Positions 12,544-25,017 of a stretch of 64,000 nt of DNA are shown here, in pieces. The position numbers and the translations under genes were made by a program. The DNA is from Eledone cirrhosa (Eukaryota). Positions within the stretch are counted from its first letter, which is position 1; each line of letters starts with the position of its first letter. Location: positions 140,182,001 to 140,246,000 of the forward strand of contig OZ024742.1 in assembly GCA_964016885.1 (NCBI GenBank), written 5' to 3'. The notes under the pieces were generated by a model. That model worked only from the letters and a program-made list of their open reading frames with translations. It did not search any database and was not told where the DNA came from.

Positions 12544-15315
12544 ATATATATATATATTAAATAATGATGATAATAATTAAAAGCAGCATTTTGCTTATGT
12601 AAAAAAACGTAAAAAAATTAAACATATCAATAATCTTAAGTAAGCTAGAAACTAGCTTACTAAAGATTATTGATTTTTCAGGGGAAGATTATTTTAAGTA
12701 AAATTCTGTGAACAATGGAGCTCCCAAATTAGATGTTGACATTTCAAACAGTCTTATTTTAAGTGTTCTACAAATGGACTAGTTTTCTAACACATGCAAA
12801 ACTGTTATTGTATTCTTTTTTTTCATCAAGATTTGATTTAGATGTGTGTGTGTTTGCATGTTTATAGTTAGCATTCTCCAACTCTATAAAATGTAATTAT
12901 ATATAAAAATTACACTTATGAATTGTATTATGAAGAGCCAGATCCTGAGAGATTTACAGAATATCAAGTGTTAATGTTGCCTTTGCAAGTTAACGCATTT
13001 ATTACCTTATTTCCAATGAAAGACACTGTTTATGATTTTCAAATAATCTTGGAAATAATCAATAATTTAGATGGGTTTAGTAATATCATTAACCTTTTCA
13101 TTATTAAGCTGCTGTTTGGAACATAATTTAAAGGTTCTTACATAAAATTATGATAGGTTTTTAAATAAATATTATCATCATCATTGTCATTTAACATTTG
13201 TTTTCCTTATTTGCAAGGATTGGACAGGTTGTCACAGACCAAGTCAGTACTCTAGCAGAGTTACTGATCTCATTTTGATTTCATATTTTCCCACACTCTA
13301 TAGAGTTCACCATGCATTTTATCATGGCACCAGCAGTAGGGAGGTAATTATGTCCTTGAGACAAATTAAGAGTCCTCTACCTTTTATTTGGCATTTTTTC
13401 TATGGCTGGATGTCCTTTCTAATGCTAACCTATACTATATTTTATACAGCTCATCTTCATCAACCACTATACTGCAGGATGTATTGTTTATGCAGGACAT
13501 AAACAAATCTCACTACTTGCTGTAAACGTTGTCAATATGAAAACACCTGTGGTAAACTGACACACACAGAAGACTTTCTTACAGTTTCTGTCTACCAAAG
13601 TTTTAGTCAGCTTTAGGCTATAGTAGAAGATACTTGCCAAAGATGTTACACAGTGTGATGGTATTCAAAACCATGGGGTTGCAATGTGAACTTCTTAATC
13701 ATACAGCCCTACACCTATGAATATAGTACCTAATTATATGCTTAATGTCATACTTAAATATTTGCAATATTGAGGTCAAATACCCCCAATATCAACATTA
13801 CTATATATCCTTCCAGGTCAGGAAAATAAGTGTCAGTATTTTAATGGAGTTAACTCAATTAACATCCCTTCGCAAATTTCATCACGTCTCAGAAAAAAAT
13901 CAATATTCTATTTATATACTAGAAATGTATCACTTCAACTGCATGCATGAATACATTTGCAATAAATAGCATTCACATCAGAGGAGATGTATGTCCAGAA
14001 TAGCTTCAGTATATTTGCTCTCAGTGATATTGAAAAGAAGTAGAAAAATCACTTAACCTTTTCATTACTATATTTTTGATAAAAAACACTGACTATGATT
14101 TACAAATAATTTTGAAAATATTAAGAAATTTTAAGAGATTTAGTGAAAAAAATAACTTTCTCATTATTAGACTGGTGTTTAAAACAGCATAGAAAGCAGA
14201 CATAAATGCAATGACGATGAGATCATGGTGATTGCATTTTTATGAAAAGGAGATCTTTTAAAATTTCCTGTTTTTTAATCCAAATACCTTCTGATATCAA
14301 ACTGCTTGAAATTCCCACAGGTTCTATGATACAAAACCATTATAATTTTATGTGAGAACTTTTGTTGTTTCAAAAACCAACTAGATAATGAGAAAGTTAA
14401 TTATATAATAAAATCCCTCCAAATTCTGGATTACTTCCAAAATTATTCGAAAATCATAAGCTATACCTTTCATTAGAAATATTGTAATGAAAGGATTAAG
14501 GTATTTTCAGGTATTATTAGGCAGGTGAGGTCGACTTGGTTGATTTTTAGGTTGAATTTCTATAGGTACCTTTAGGGAAAATGTGAACAGGGAGTCAATT
14601 CAAAATTGGTTACAATTTTGTGAAGAAAGGTGGTGGGGGGGTATACATGGTTTTTGGTATTAAATACAGTTGATATTGAGGACAGGAGATTTGGATGGGG
14701 TTGGTATACAGATTACTAGTCAAGAATAGAAGTAAAAGTAATATGAAATGAATCTCCGTCAGTTCCAATAATGAGTGTCTTAGCTCGATCAACAGAACAG
14801 CTTGCTCTTGAAATTAATGTGTAAGTGACTGACCATGACACTGATGCACATATTCTTTATGTAATTCTCAAAGAGATTCAATGACACAGTGTGACCCTTT
14901 GAATTACAATTCTAGCCAACCTGATGGGTTTCCAAACAGTTTTAATCAATCTAATCTCGGTTACAAGGCGTAGGTTGGACTGATGCTATTGTAAATGACA
15001 CTTGCACAAGAAGCCACATAGTGGGATTGAACCCAGGACTAAATAATTGCGAAACAAACATGTTAACCATTAACCCATGCTGCATCAGAAACTACTAGTA
15101 TTCTACTAAATAACAATGCACCCTTTTAAACATATTTATGTATATTAATATTCAACCACATATAATATACCAATTTATACACACACACATACACATTCAC
15201 ACACACACACACATACACACCCACAAACAACAATAAAAAAAAAAGTTGCTCTTAAAATTACATAGTATCTAAAAAATACCTGCAACACAATAGACCCTTT
15301 AATTGACCTTATATT

Positions 15316-15529
15316 TAACCCTTTAGCATTTACATTACTCTATATTTACAATTGTATTTTCACAGTAAACATTTCATCTCATATAATTATCTCTCAATAT
15401 CGAATCTACAAGATTTTGATATTATTTATTTTGAGAACAATACCTTAACATCAGTATGAGTAGCCAGTTATAGCTAGTTTAAACAGAAAGAGGTGAGAGA
15501 GTTCTGGCCGGTATAAATGCTAAAGGGGG
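15316..15529. mobile_element. MITE with ccctttagcattta terminal inverted repeats
   Basis: ttaaccctttagcattta ... taaatgctaaaggg. Confidence 0.65.
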
Positions 15530-15589
15530 AAAAATTAGAAAAAAATGAAAAGTGAAAGGACTCTCACTGACCACTCTCCTTTGAAACTA

Positions 15590-15735
15590 GGTGAAGAACT
15601 GGCAGAGTTCTTAAAATGTTGGATTAAATTCTTTGCAGCATTTATTCTACTTCTTTGTGCTCTGAGTTTAAATCTTGCTAGGGATAACTTTGCCTTTCAT
15701 CCTTTCGAAGTCAATAAATAAAGTGCCAGTCCAGA
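15590..15735 (+). mobile_element. Degenerate short tRNA-SINE
   Basis: ctggcagagt...ctgagtttaaatc...actttgcctttcatcctttcgaagtcaataaataaagtgccagt. Similar old copies at ~6550-6690(+), 44320-44418 plus 45364-45405(-), 49790-49970(-). Confidence 0.65.
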
Positions 15736-15852
15736 GTGATGGATTTGTGGAATTGTTAAAGTGTCAAGCAGGATGTCTGTTCTGAGTTCATATTCTACTT
15801 TCTGTCACTAGAAAAGCAGTACTGCACATGCTAGGAGTTGCATCTGACAGAC

Positions 15853-16112
15853 AGATAGTATCAATAATGGAAAGAATAATAGAAACATAATTTCCTTGGT
15901 CCAATAAAATAGTATCAGCAATGAAAAAACTATTAGATGCATAATTTGCTTGGTCCAATAAGATAGTATCAGTAATGGAAAGACGAATGGAAACATAATT
16001 TCTTTGGTCCAATAAGATAGTGTCAGCCATGAAAAGTCCATTGGAAACAATTTCTTTGGTTTGATAAGATAGTATCAGCAATGAAAAGACCAATAGAAAC
16101 ATAAATTCTTTG
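15853..16112. repeat. 54-bp minisatellite, about 5 units
   Basis: Unit aagatagtatcag.aatggaaag...gaaacataatttc.ttggtccaat; shows as an 18-aa period (DTILLDQ.NY) in ORF 15788..16102. Confidence 0.85.
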
Positions 16113-16491
16113 GTCTGATCTAAGGATTGGCCTTTTCCTTTCCTTTTAAACTACATATGACCATTGACCTTGATTTTATTTCTCTTACTTTAAAGATATA
16201 TATATATCAATTTGCAGGAAAATACATTTTATTCAAATTGATTGTATTTGTCTTTAAAAAAAATGTGCAAACTTTATATTTGGGTAGCACCATATAGTTT
16301 ATGGTGCCCCTCTTTCCTTGATACCCTGAGAGGAGAGGGGGTATAAAGAAAGCATGAGAAATATAATCCATGTCTATGGTCATATGCAGTTTAAAAGGAA
16401 AGGAAATGGCCAAGCTTTAGAGCAGACCAAGAAAACTGTTTCCATTGCTCTTTCCATTGTTTTACTATCTCATCGGACCAAGGAAACTATG
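16030..16491. repeat. Inverted repeat, arms ~16030-16183 and 16356-16491
   Basis: ttggccttttcctttccttttaaactacatatgaccat is the reverse complement of atggtcatatgcagtttaaaaggaaaggaaatggccaa. Confidence 0.85.
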
Positions 16492-17114
16492 GTGCTTAGA
16501 GCCTTAAAATGACTTAATCTGACCCTTCTCCCAGATGATGCCTGTTTCACTACCATCAAATATACCACACCTTATTCCTTCTACACCCTAATTTTCCTTT
16601 TATGTTATTTTTTACGCTACTCACCTGCAATTTAAAATCATTGAGGTAACTAGGATTGCATATATGTATATATAAATTTACACATTTTTCACTATATAGA
16701 CATAAAAACATGCTAAATATATGTATTTCCTTATAAATAGGTGGTAATTATATATACAGATATAACTTTATAATATACTTCAGCTGCTTACTGCACAACT
16801 TAATATTTATCTTAATTAACTACCAACACAAGTGCTATATGCAAATTAGTACTTCCATATCAGGATACTACTATTATAAGCCCCCTCAGTTATGTATTTC
16901 ATTGTGGTTGTTTAGCTGATATATATACCATTTGATGAGGAACCCAACTAGGTTCAAGAACTGATTCAAGGTATTTATTATTTTTTCAATTTATAGGGAA
17001 ATAAATATTTGGTATGTTTTTATTTCTATATACTAAAAATGTATACATTTATTTACACATTTTTGCAGTCTTAGTTACTTTTATTCTGTTCTTCTTGTCA
17101 TATGACATATGCAC

Positions 17115-17600
17115 TATAGTTAGAGAGGCAGGTGAGGCAGACAAAGGCATCATTTGCAGCATTATGGATTGCCACCAGGCGGCTGGGAAAACATCTAAAG
17201 GGGCAATCCCGAACAACATGCAGCACTGTCTGGTCAGGGTGTCCGCAGTCATATGCAGGGCTGTCTTTCATTTTTCATTGATGGAGATGATGGGCTGCCC
17301 TGATTAAGGGGCACCCATTGCTTTCTGGGAAGATCAAAGCCAGTTGGTTTAGATGTGTGGTCCTGGATGAGGTTTTATTTAGCAAATTTGGATTCATTCC
17401 ATGATCTTCAGCACTCTTCCAAAGTTATTGCTTCGAAGGGCGTTCATTGATTCCCAGAATAGTTAGTGTGATTTCAAGCAAATGTTGGGAATGTTTTCCA
17501 GGTCTTCATGGTTGGGAAAGTTGGGCTTAGACTTGGTAAAAAGTGTGCTTTGCAGATCATCTGACGCCGCATGTGAGAAGGAGCTATATGAGAAAGGGTA
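17115..17600 (-). mobile_element. Vingi/Ingi-like LINE 3' fragment, old
   Basis: Manual translation of the minus strand gives GFDLPRKQWVPLN and YDCGHPDQTVLHVVRDCP, the same C-terminal motifs as 11120-11280. Confidence 0.7.
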
Positions 17601-17661
17601 GGCAGCCACTGAGTAAATAGACAGATATAACTTTATCTTATATATATATATATATATGTAT

Positions 17662-18378
17662 ATTCTTCTGGTTTTATAATTTCACAAAGTTTTACCAATA
17701 GAGAGAGAGTCGGTTTCTAACATAGACACAAGACTCTCTCATTGGAATTTACACATCAACAACTAGGTAGATATGTATGTATGCATGCATATGTAGATAT
17801 GGATGTTATTGTATGTGTGGATGTGGATGTTTTGAGTTGTATGTGTGCATGTGTATATGCTTTGTATCTGTACATGTGTACATGCAGTTATTAGATGCAA
17901 CATTTTTGGAATGTTTTACATATTTTTTGTTGGATTGTAATTGTAGTTTCCTAACTAATTGTGTTCTTTCTGTTCCTGTGAAGCCCAGCTTCTCAAGATT
18001 TGTATTGAGGCAGTTACTAACATACCCCAGTGCCCCAATAATCACAGGCATAAATCTGAAGGTGTAATCAGGGTGGAGTATCTGCAGATTTCTCATCAGT
18101 TCTGCATAAATACTCTCCTTTTCACTAATCTTTGATATTATATTGGCATCTGCTGGGCAGCTAATTTCCACTACTGTGCATGCTTTCTTCTCCCTGTCCC
18201 ATATCATAATATCTGGTATGTTATGCCTACATTTTATTGGGGTTCTTACTGGAACATTCCAGCAGTACTCTTTCATATTATGTACATGGATGTCTTCCAC
18301 ATTGTTGTAGCTTTTAATGTTTATTATCGGGGCTACCTTTTTTACGAACTGCATTGTACAGTGTTTTGGCCACTACAT
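17662..18378 (-). mobile_element. R4/Dong-like RLE LINE, family A, short 3' copy (A1)
   Basis: KCRHNIPDIMIWD...VVEISCP...PVIIGALG; 3'UTR hairpin gagagagtc/gactctctc; near-identical to the 3' part of 26233-29322. Confidence 0.88.
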
Positions 18379-18404
18379 TGTATGTATGTGTGTGTGTGTG
18401 TGTG

Positions 18405-21400
18405 CTATCTCTTTCTCTTAATTTCGAGTATATTTTTTTGACCGGCCACCTTCCTGGTGGCAAGGTTGTAAATGAAAAGAAATTGTCATCCCTTGAATCG
18501 CAAGAATGTTTTGCAAATTTTGAAGGTGCCAGCTATCGCAGCCATTTGCAGACTATGAATTAGAGAGCTGTGCTTTTTGTCTGCAAATCCAAGTTCAGTC
18601 ATACTTTGGTCCAAGCGGGTTGGTATATAACCCGTAGCTCCAATAATGATGGGTATGAAGCTAAAGGTGTATCTTGGATACTGGATTTGTAAACTCCTCA
18701 TCAATGGTCCGTAGATGTCCTGACAACGTTTACATCAAGTGGGCAGCTGATCTCTACAACAGAACACGTTTTCAATGTGTGGTCCCAAACAACAATATCA
18801 GGCTGGTTGTGCTTTAATTTGGTGGCAGTTTTTATTTTCAGGTTCCACCAGTATTCCTTAGTGCCATCTGTCTCAATATATTCTTCCTTGTTTGTTGTTA
18901 ATTTTGTTTTCCGAAGTGCGTTCCAGATGGTTCTAGCTATCCCATCATGTCTCATGGGGAGGTAGTAGCGAGATGACATTCTTTCGCAGCTGGCAACAAT
19001 GTGGCTTACATCCTCGATCTTTGTTTTACATAGCCTACATTTATTGTCAGCTGGCCCTCCTCTTTTGTGCAGCAGATATTTGGTAGGGAGTTCTTGTTCC
19101 TGTATTGCATAGAGATATCCCTCAAGGTGTGATGTCATAAACTTGTCGGAACTCCATGCCAGGCTTTTTGAGTGGTTTATCCCCTCTATGGTCTGTGTTT
19201 TACGTCTCAAGTATCCATGCACAACTTTTTCTGTAAATTGGTCAATTTTTTTATCTTGTTTGAACATTGAATAGGATCTTCCGATTTCTCTGGGTCTCGT
19301 ATGTTGTTAATATTGATTTTAGATGCTGGCCACCTTCCTTGCGTGAGAAGTATAGCCTATCCACATCACCATTGATGTTAAAGTTCCCAGTAACACTGAG
19401 AAGTTTGCGAGTTCTAACATCCATCTCACTTAGTTCTTGCATTGACCAGTTCAGCAGGCCAAATGTTGGCGTTAGAATTGGCACAGCATAAGTATTGTGG
19501 GCAATGTATTTGTTGTACGCTGACACTTCTGATGACAATATTTTCTTCTGAGGTATTCAGTTCTGGTTCTCTCCTTATTTATGGGTCCATCATATCTGAC
19601 ATTCTCATCCTGGCCAAGATATCTGTAGTTGTCACCTGACTGTAGAGGTTGTATTGTCAGGCCGTTCATCTCTAGATTTCTAGAGGAGGGCACAGCTCTT
19701 CCACGTTTTACTGCCAAATAGGCACACTTGGACTCACCAAATTTCATTTTGATGTCGGTTGAAAATTGTGTAATGAGGTCCAATTGTTTCTTGATGTCAT
19801 TGATATTTGGCCCATACAACTTCAGGTCATCAACAAAGAAAAGATGGGAGATACTTCTGGACCCACTTCTTTGTCCACCTTGTTTCCTGAGTAGGTAAGA
19901 TAGTGGATTCAGTGAGAGAACGAAGAGTAGCATTGACAAGCTATCACCCTGAAAGATGCCCTTCTGGTAATGTATCTTATCAGTCTTAATTTGCTCCTTC
20001 TCACCTCTAAGGATCAAATTGGTGTACCAGTTCTTGGTCAGGCGTTCAACAGCAGCTACCAATGGTTGTGGGACTTTGGCTAACTGTAAAGCCTTAATAA
20101 TCCACCCATGAGGTATACTATCAAATGCATTTTGATAGTCCAGCCACACCACAGTCATGTTTCTGCGATTCTTTGTTGTTTTTTCCTGAATCATTTTATT
20201 AGTTAGTAGGTGATCTATGCAACCCCACACCTCCCTCTTTCCACCAGCTTGCTCAGGTGTTATGATGTTGTTGGTAGCACAGTGATCCTGTAAGAACTGG
20301 TTAAGGCACTCAGTATATAATTTATACATGATGTTTTGGCAGGCTATTGGGCGGTAATTTTTAGCAAGGGTGGTTTGGCTATTTTGGGGAATGAGGAGAG
20401 TAGTGGCAGTTGATAACCATCTGGGCAGTTCTTGTATGCCTTTAATGGTTTCTGTAAACAGCCGTATGAGATCTTGCTGATAGAAAGTGAAATTCTTCAA
20501 CCAGTATCCTGTAATGAGGTCTGGGCCTGGCGATTTCCTATTCAACATTTTCTGTAGAGCTGTTTCCAGTATTGACTCATCTATGTCATATTGTTTAGTC
20601 TGGACATGTTGGCAGTAGTCCTGTTCCAGTTCTTTTAGCCAATTAGTTTGTCTGTTGAATCCGTCATCCGTTTCCCATACAAATCTCCAGTAGCTCTCAA
20701 CCTGTTCTTTTGAAGGGGTGTCATTTACAGGGATTGAGCTTTTGCCACCGAAGCTGCGATAAACTGATTTAGGATCTCTGGCAAACAATCTATTTAACAC
20801 TTGTCGTTTATGTGCTGTTGAAGCTGTGAGTTGTTGTTTCAACTGGTGTAATTTGGAGTTCAAAGTTTTAAATTTTGTATCTCCAAATCGTCTCTCTAAC
20901 TTTTTTTTAGGTCTTCCTGGTGTCGTGTGAAGTTGCTTTCTATGTTGCATTTCATAACGACTGCGATGTGTGAGATACTTCGTCTCAGGGACAAAATTTT
21001 GGTTTTTAAATTTCACATCCACGCTGGTTCAGGCTTTCTGTTTGTATCTTGATTGCGTGGTTTTAGATGTGTGTTATATGATAGCAATGTGACAGCTGAA
21101 ACATATAACAAAATATTAAGCGTTTCAAATGTCGTTTCTACACCTTTAGATCGTATAGCCTTCAGATAATTGCCAGCTATTTCGTTCACCGCTTCCAATT
21201 CCAATTTAGTGGGTTCTTTACTGATTCAGCAATGAAATCATATCCGCTCTCTTGCTCTGGAACCATGACTCCAGCCTGACTAGGAGTAGGAAGCTGTCAT
21301 TCCCTGATGTTATCTCTAGGGATACGGGAATCAGTAGACAGGACCTGGGGGCAGCGATGGGGGACAGGGAATTCTGGGACATGAGAGTGAGATCCATCGT

Positions 21401-22620
21401 CTCAACAGTAGTCGACGAATGATGATGACTGATTCTGGTGTTGTATGGTCTGTCACTCACATTAAGGCTGTGTATCTCTTGAAACATATCGTTCCATATC
21501 ACTTGTAAGGTGTCCACAAGTTTTTGGTGTTCTGTTTGTTCAGTAGAGTCATGAATTTCAGCCTCGTTGTTGATGTGGTGACAATTACTACTAGAGTTAG
21601 CTGACCTTTCTCGCTGTTCTTCAGTGGAAGTGGGATGGATTTCAGCAAAATTGTTGGTGAGCTGTTCACTGTTAGATTTAGCTGGCCAGTCTCTTTGTCT
21701 GCCAGTGGAGGTGGGGTGGTTGTCTACAAGGGCTATATTTGTAGTATCACTCAATTCCGTTAGATGTATCAATTTACATCTAATGATACGTTTTGCCTGT
21801 TCATTTAAATGCTTTGGAGAAAAGTCTAATTCTGGGTGTTTGGAGTTCCATAAAGTTTTTAGCCTTTGCATAAAACCGAACTTTTGGGATTCAGATCGTT
21901 TCTATGCATCATATAATTCTTTGTTAAGCTCGTAACTCCACTGTATACACAACGGTTGTAGTTGCGATTTGGTCGAAGGAGACTTGTACTTTTTGCCATG
22001 ATGAGTTCGTCTATTCACTAATATTTCGTATTTATTTTTCAAAATAGTCGATGATCTTCTTTAAAATTTTCGACAAAGTTCTGTCGGAATCAAATTTAAA
22101 GTTATTCACAGCTTGGGTAATATTTCTTTTCAGTTAGTTTTTAATTCTACAACGTTGTTCTTGAATCGTTTGAATCGAGAACAAAAAGAACCGTTACTTA
22201 GTATATTTCTTTATGAATGTAATATAATATAACAACGCTGTATTTATATGTTAAAGTTTATGTATCATTCATATAAATAGGTGTTCTACAACTTATTCAC
22301 AGTTCAAACACTTATGTTTTTGTTTCTGAATCGAAAACGTTACTTGTATGATGATGAACGTTTCTTTATAAATGTAATATAACAACGTTGCATTTATATG
22401 TTAAAGTGTATGTATCGTTCATATATCATAAGTGTATGTATCGTTCATATAAATAGGTGTTTTACAACACACTTACAGTTCAAACACTTATGTAGAATTA
22501 TTGTATGTAATCTTACCGCGTAATGTAGCTCAACTTTTTCCAATATATGATATGTTGCCTTCATGTAGGCCGTAATTACACACGTCCGATTATCGGACAC
22601 TAACCACAACGGTCGCCATT
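18405..22620 (-). mobile_element. R4/Dong-like RLE LINE, family B, near full-length and disrupted (B1)
   Basis: N-terminal W..E.N..L...GFMQRL..LW...P motif (~21780-21950); RT (NYRPIAC, LDYQNAFDS, GIFQGDSLS, FVDD) in ORF 19472..21022; CCHC finger CRLC..EDVSHIVASC; RHD and PD..EISCP RLE. The 5' boundary (putative UTR 21980-22620, with an internal ~150-bp direct repeat) is uncertain. Confidence 0.88.
21228..21427 (+). mobile_element. RTE 3' stub nested in B1
   Basis: Encodes ..LLLWN...KLSFPDVISRDTG...AMGDREFW; (TGA)n tail; TSD ACTGATTC at 21220-21227 and 21428-21435. Confidence 0.85.
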
Positions 22621-22636
22621 AGATATATATATGAGG

Positions 22637-22826
22637 GCCGTGGATTGGCAGTATCGGTAGAGAGTCGGACACCATGCTTTGAAGCATAGAGTTACGTCCC
22701 TTTATGATCTGAGTTCAAATCCCGCCGAGGTTAACTTTGCCTTTCATCCTTACGGGGTCGATAAAATAAAGTACTAGTAATGTACTGGGTAATTGCTGGC
22801 CTTGTGCCTAAAATAGAAACAATTAT
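22637..22826 (+). mobile_element. Young short tRNA-derived SINE (~190 bp)
   Basis: gtggattggcagtatcggtagag...gagttcaaatcccgcc (B box)...gcctttcatccttacggggtcgataaaataaagta...agaaacaattat. Confidence 0.9.
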
Positions 22827-23157
22827 ATGTATGTATGTATTCGATCGCAGCGCTGTTAGTTGCTATCGTGTGTGTGTGTATAGATATGTTTATGTGTGTG
22901 CGTGTATGTGTATATATATATGTATATGTATATCATTATTGTTGTTGTCGTTATTATTATTGTTATTATTATTATTATTATTGTTATTTATGTATGTGTG
23001 TGTGTATATATGTGTGTGTGTGTGTGTATGTACATATATATATATATATGTATACATATATATATATATTTCTTTTTTTTTTTCTCCTCGTGCAATGGCC
23101 ATACTCGATAACGAGGGGGCAGCCATCATCATGTATGTATGTATGTATGTATGCATG
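22826..23157. repeat. Compound microsatellite (TATG, TG, TA, TTA) with embedded hairpin stubs
   Basis: Direct reading; GC-rich stubs at 22842-22868 and 23082-23127. Confidence 0.9.
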
Positions 23158-23570
23158 TCCGGGAGAGATGACCCCTTAGCCTTTGTCAAGGCAGAATTCT
23201 AGGAGAAGGAAAACTCTGATATAACACCTGCAACCCTGATGGTATCCGATGATGTTGACTTGTTCTTCTTTTTGGTAAATATCATCTTGGTTAAGAGAGT
23301 GGGACTGGCTTTGTGCAGTGCCTTTGCTCACTATAAAAGCTTCACGGCACAGGCATTGCTTTATATCTGGAGATCTCTTTGCACTTGTCGTCACATGGTA
23401 CCATGGGCCCAGCACTATGTGTCAATAATTGTTACAAGTGTAGTGTTTGTACCAGAGTTTTCATGTCGCAGGCTGGACTAAAAAGTCACACTCGTTCAGC
23501 GCATCGGTAGGGGTTCTCCTACATGGATATAAGGTAGTGGCCGTACTCGAAAACGAGTTGGCAGCCACCA
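23158..23570 (+). mobile_element. Non-coding non-autonomous retroelement N, 5'-truncated copy (N1)
   Basis: Near-identical to 24552-24962; ends in a hairpin followed by ATGT-type repeats. Confidence 0.8.
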
Positions 23571-23775
23571 TGTGTGTATATATATATATATGTATGTATG
23601 TATATGTACATACGTACGTGCATACATGTATGTGTGTATGTATGTATGTATGTATGTATGTGTATGTATGTATGTATGTGTATGTGCATATATGTATGTG
23701 TGTGTGTATATACATATATGTGTATGTATGTATGTATGTATATGTGTATATGTATGTATGTATATATATATATAT

Positions 23776-23850
23776 GTCAGGTCACCAGTTGGTGCTACTG
23801 GTAACATGTATTCCAGTACAACCTGTCCCATGTTGACTTGTTCTTCTTTT

Positions 23851-23893
<43 letters not shown>

Positions 23894-24312
23894 ATGTATC
23901 TATGTATGTATGTGTATATGTATCTATGTATGTATGTATGTATGTGTATATGTATGTATGTATGTAGGTGTGTATATGTATGTATGTATATATGTGTATA
24001 TATATGTATGTTCTTTTTAGTAATTATCATCTTGGTTAAGAGAGTGGGACTGGCTTTGTGCAGTGCCTTTGCTCACTATAAAAGCTTCATGGCACAGGCA
24101 TTGCTTTATATCTGGAGATCTCTCTGCCCTTGTCGTCAAATGGTACCTTGGGCCCAGCAGTAAATGTCAATAATTGTCAAGTGTAGTGTTTGTACCAGAG
24201 TTTTCAAGTCGCTGGCTGGACTAAAAAGTCACACTCGTTCAGCACATCGGAAGGGGTTCTCCTACATGGATATAAAGTAGTGGCCGTACTCGAAAACAAG
24301 TTGGCAGCCACC
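23776..24312 (+). mobile_element. Element N, internally deleted copy (N2) interrupted by microsatellite
   Basis: Same 5' start gtcaggtcaccagttgg as N3; jumps at atg to atgttgacttgttcttc; TA/TATG run at 23851-24010; same 3' hairpin. Confidence 0.8.
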
Positions 24313-24353
24313 ATATATGTATGTATATATGTATGTATATATGTATATATTAT

Positions 24354-24962
24354 GTCAGGTCACCAGTTGGTGCTACTGGTAACATGTATCCCAGTACAAC
24401 CTGTCTCATGGTCGGGTCGTTGGCGACTAAACTGGCAACCCCATCAAGGTTTCTTGTTGAGGAGGGTGACTTTGGACATCCTGCGGGACTAAAAACAAAA
24501 CCTGTCAAAGGGCAAAGGAGCTCTTAAGAGTCAATGGCCATCCAAAAATCACCGGGAGAGATGACCCCTTAGCCTTTGTCAAGGCAGAATTCTAGGAGAA
24601 AGAAAACTCTAATATAACACCTGCAACCCTGATGGTATCCAATGATGTTGACTTGTTCTTCTTTTTGATAAATATCATCTTGGTTAAGAGAGTGGGACTG
24701 GCTTTGTGCAGTGCCTTTGCTCACTATAAAAGCTTCACGGCACAGGCATTGCTTTATATCTGGAGATCTCTCTGCACTTGTCGTCACATGGTACCTTGGG
24801 CCCAGCAGTAAGTGTCAATAATTGTCGCAAGTGTAGTGTTTGTACCAGAGTTTTCAAGTCGCTGGCTGGACTAAAAAGTCACACTCGTTTAGCACATCGG
24901 TAGGGGTTCTCCTACATGGATATAAATTAGTGGCCGTACTCGAAAACGAGTTGGCAGCCACC
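24354..24962 (+). mobile_element. Element N, apparently full-length copy (N3, ~610 bp)
   Basis: No credible ORF; structured 5' end; RTE-5'UTR-like motif ctaggagaa(g/a)gaaaactct; 3' hairpin gtggc..actcgaaaacgagt..gccac; pure (ATGT)n tail at 24963-25018. Confidence 0.8.
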
Positions 24963-25017
24963 ATGTATGTATGTATGTATGTATGTATGTATGTATGTAT
25001 GTATGTATGTATGTATG

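Noticed and set aside
15788-16102. 18-aa repeat protein (DTILLDQ.NY)
   Set aside because: Frame-preserving 54-bp minisatellite with no splice or coding evidence.
22780-24163. Many ORFs rich in Y/M/C/V/I or H/T/Y/I
   Set aside because: They are translations of TATG/TG/TA microsatellites. The same applies to 31143-31597, 47402-47973, 52130-52492 and 61339-61560.
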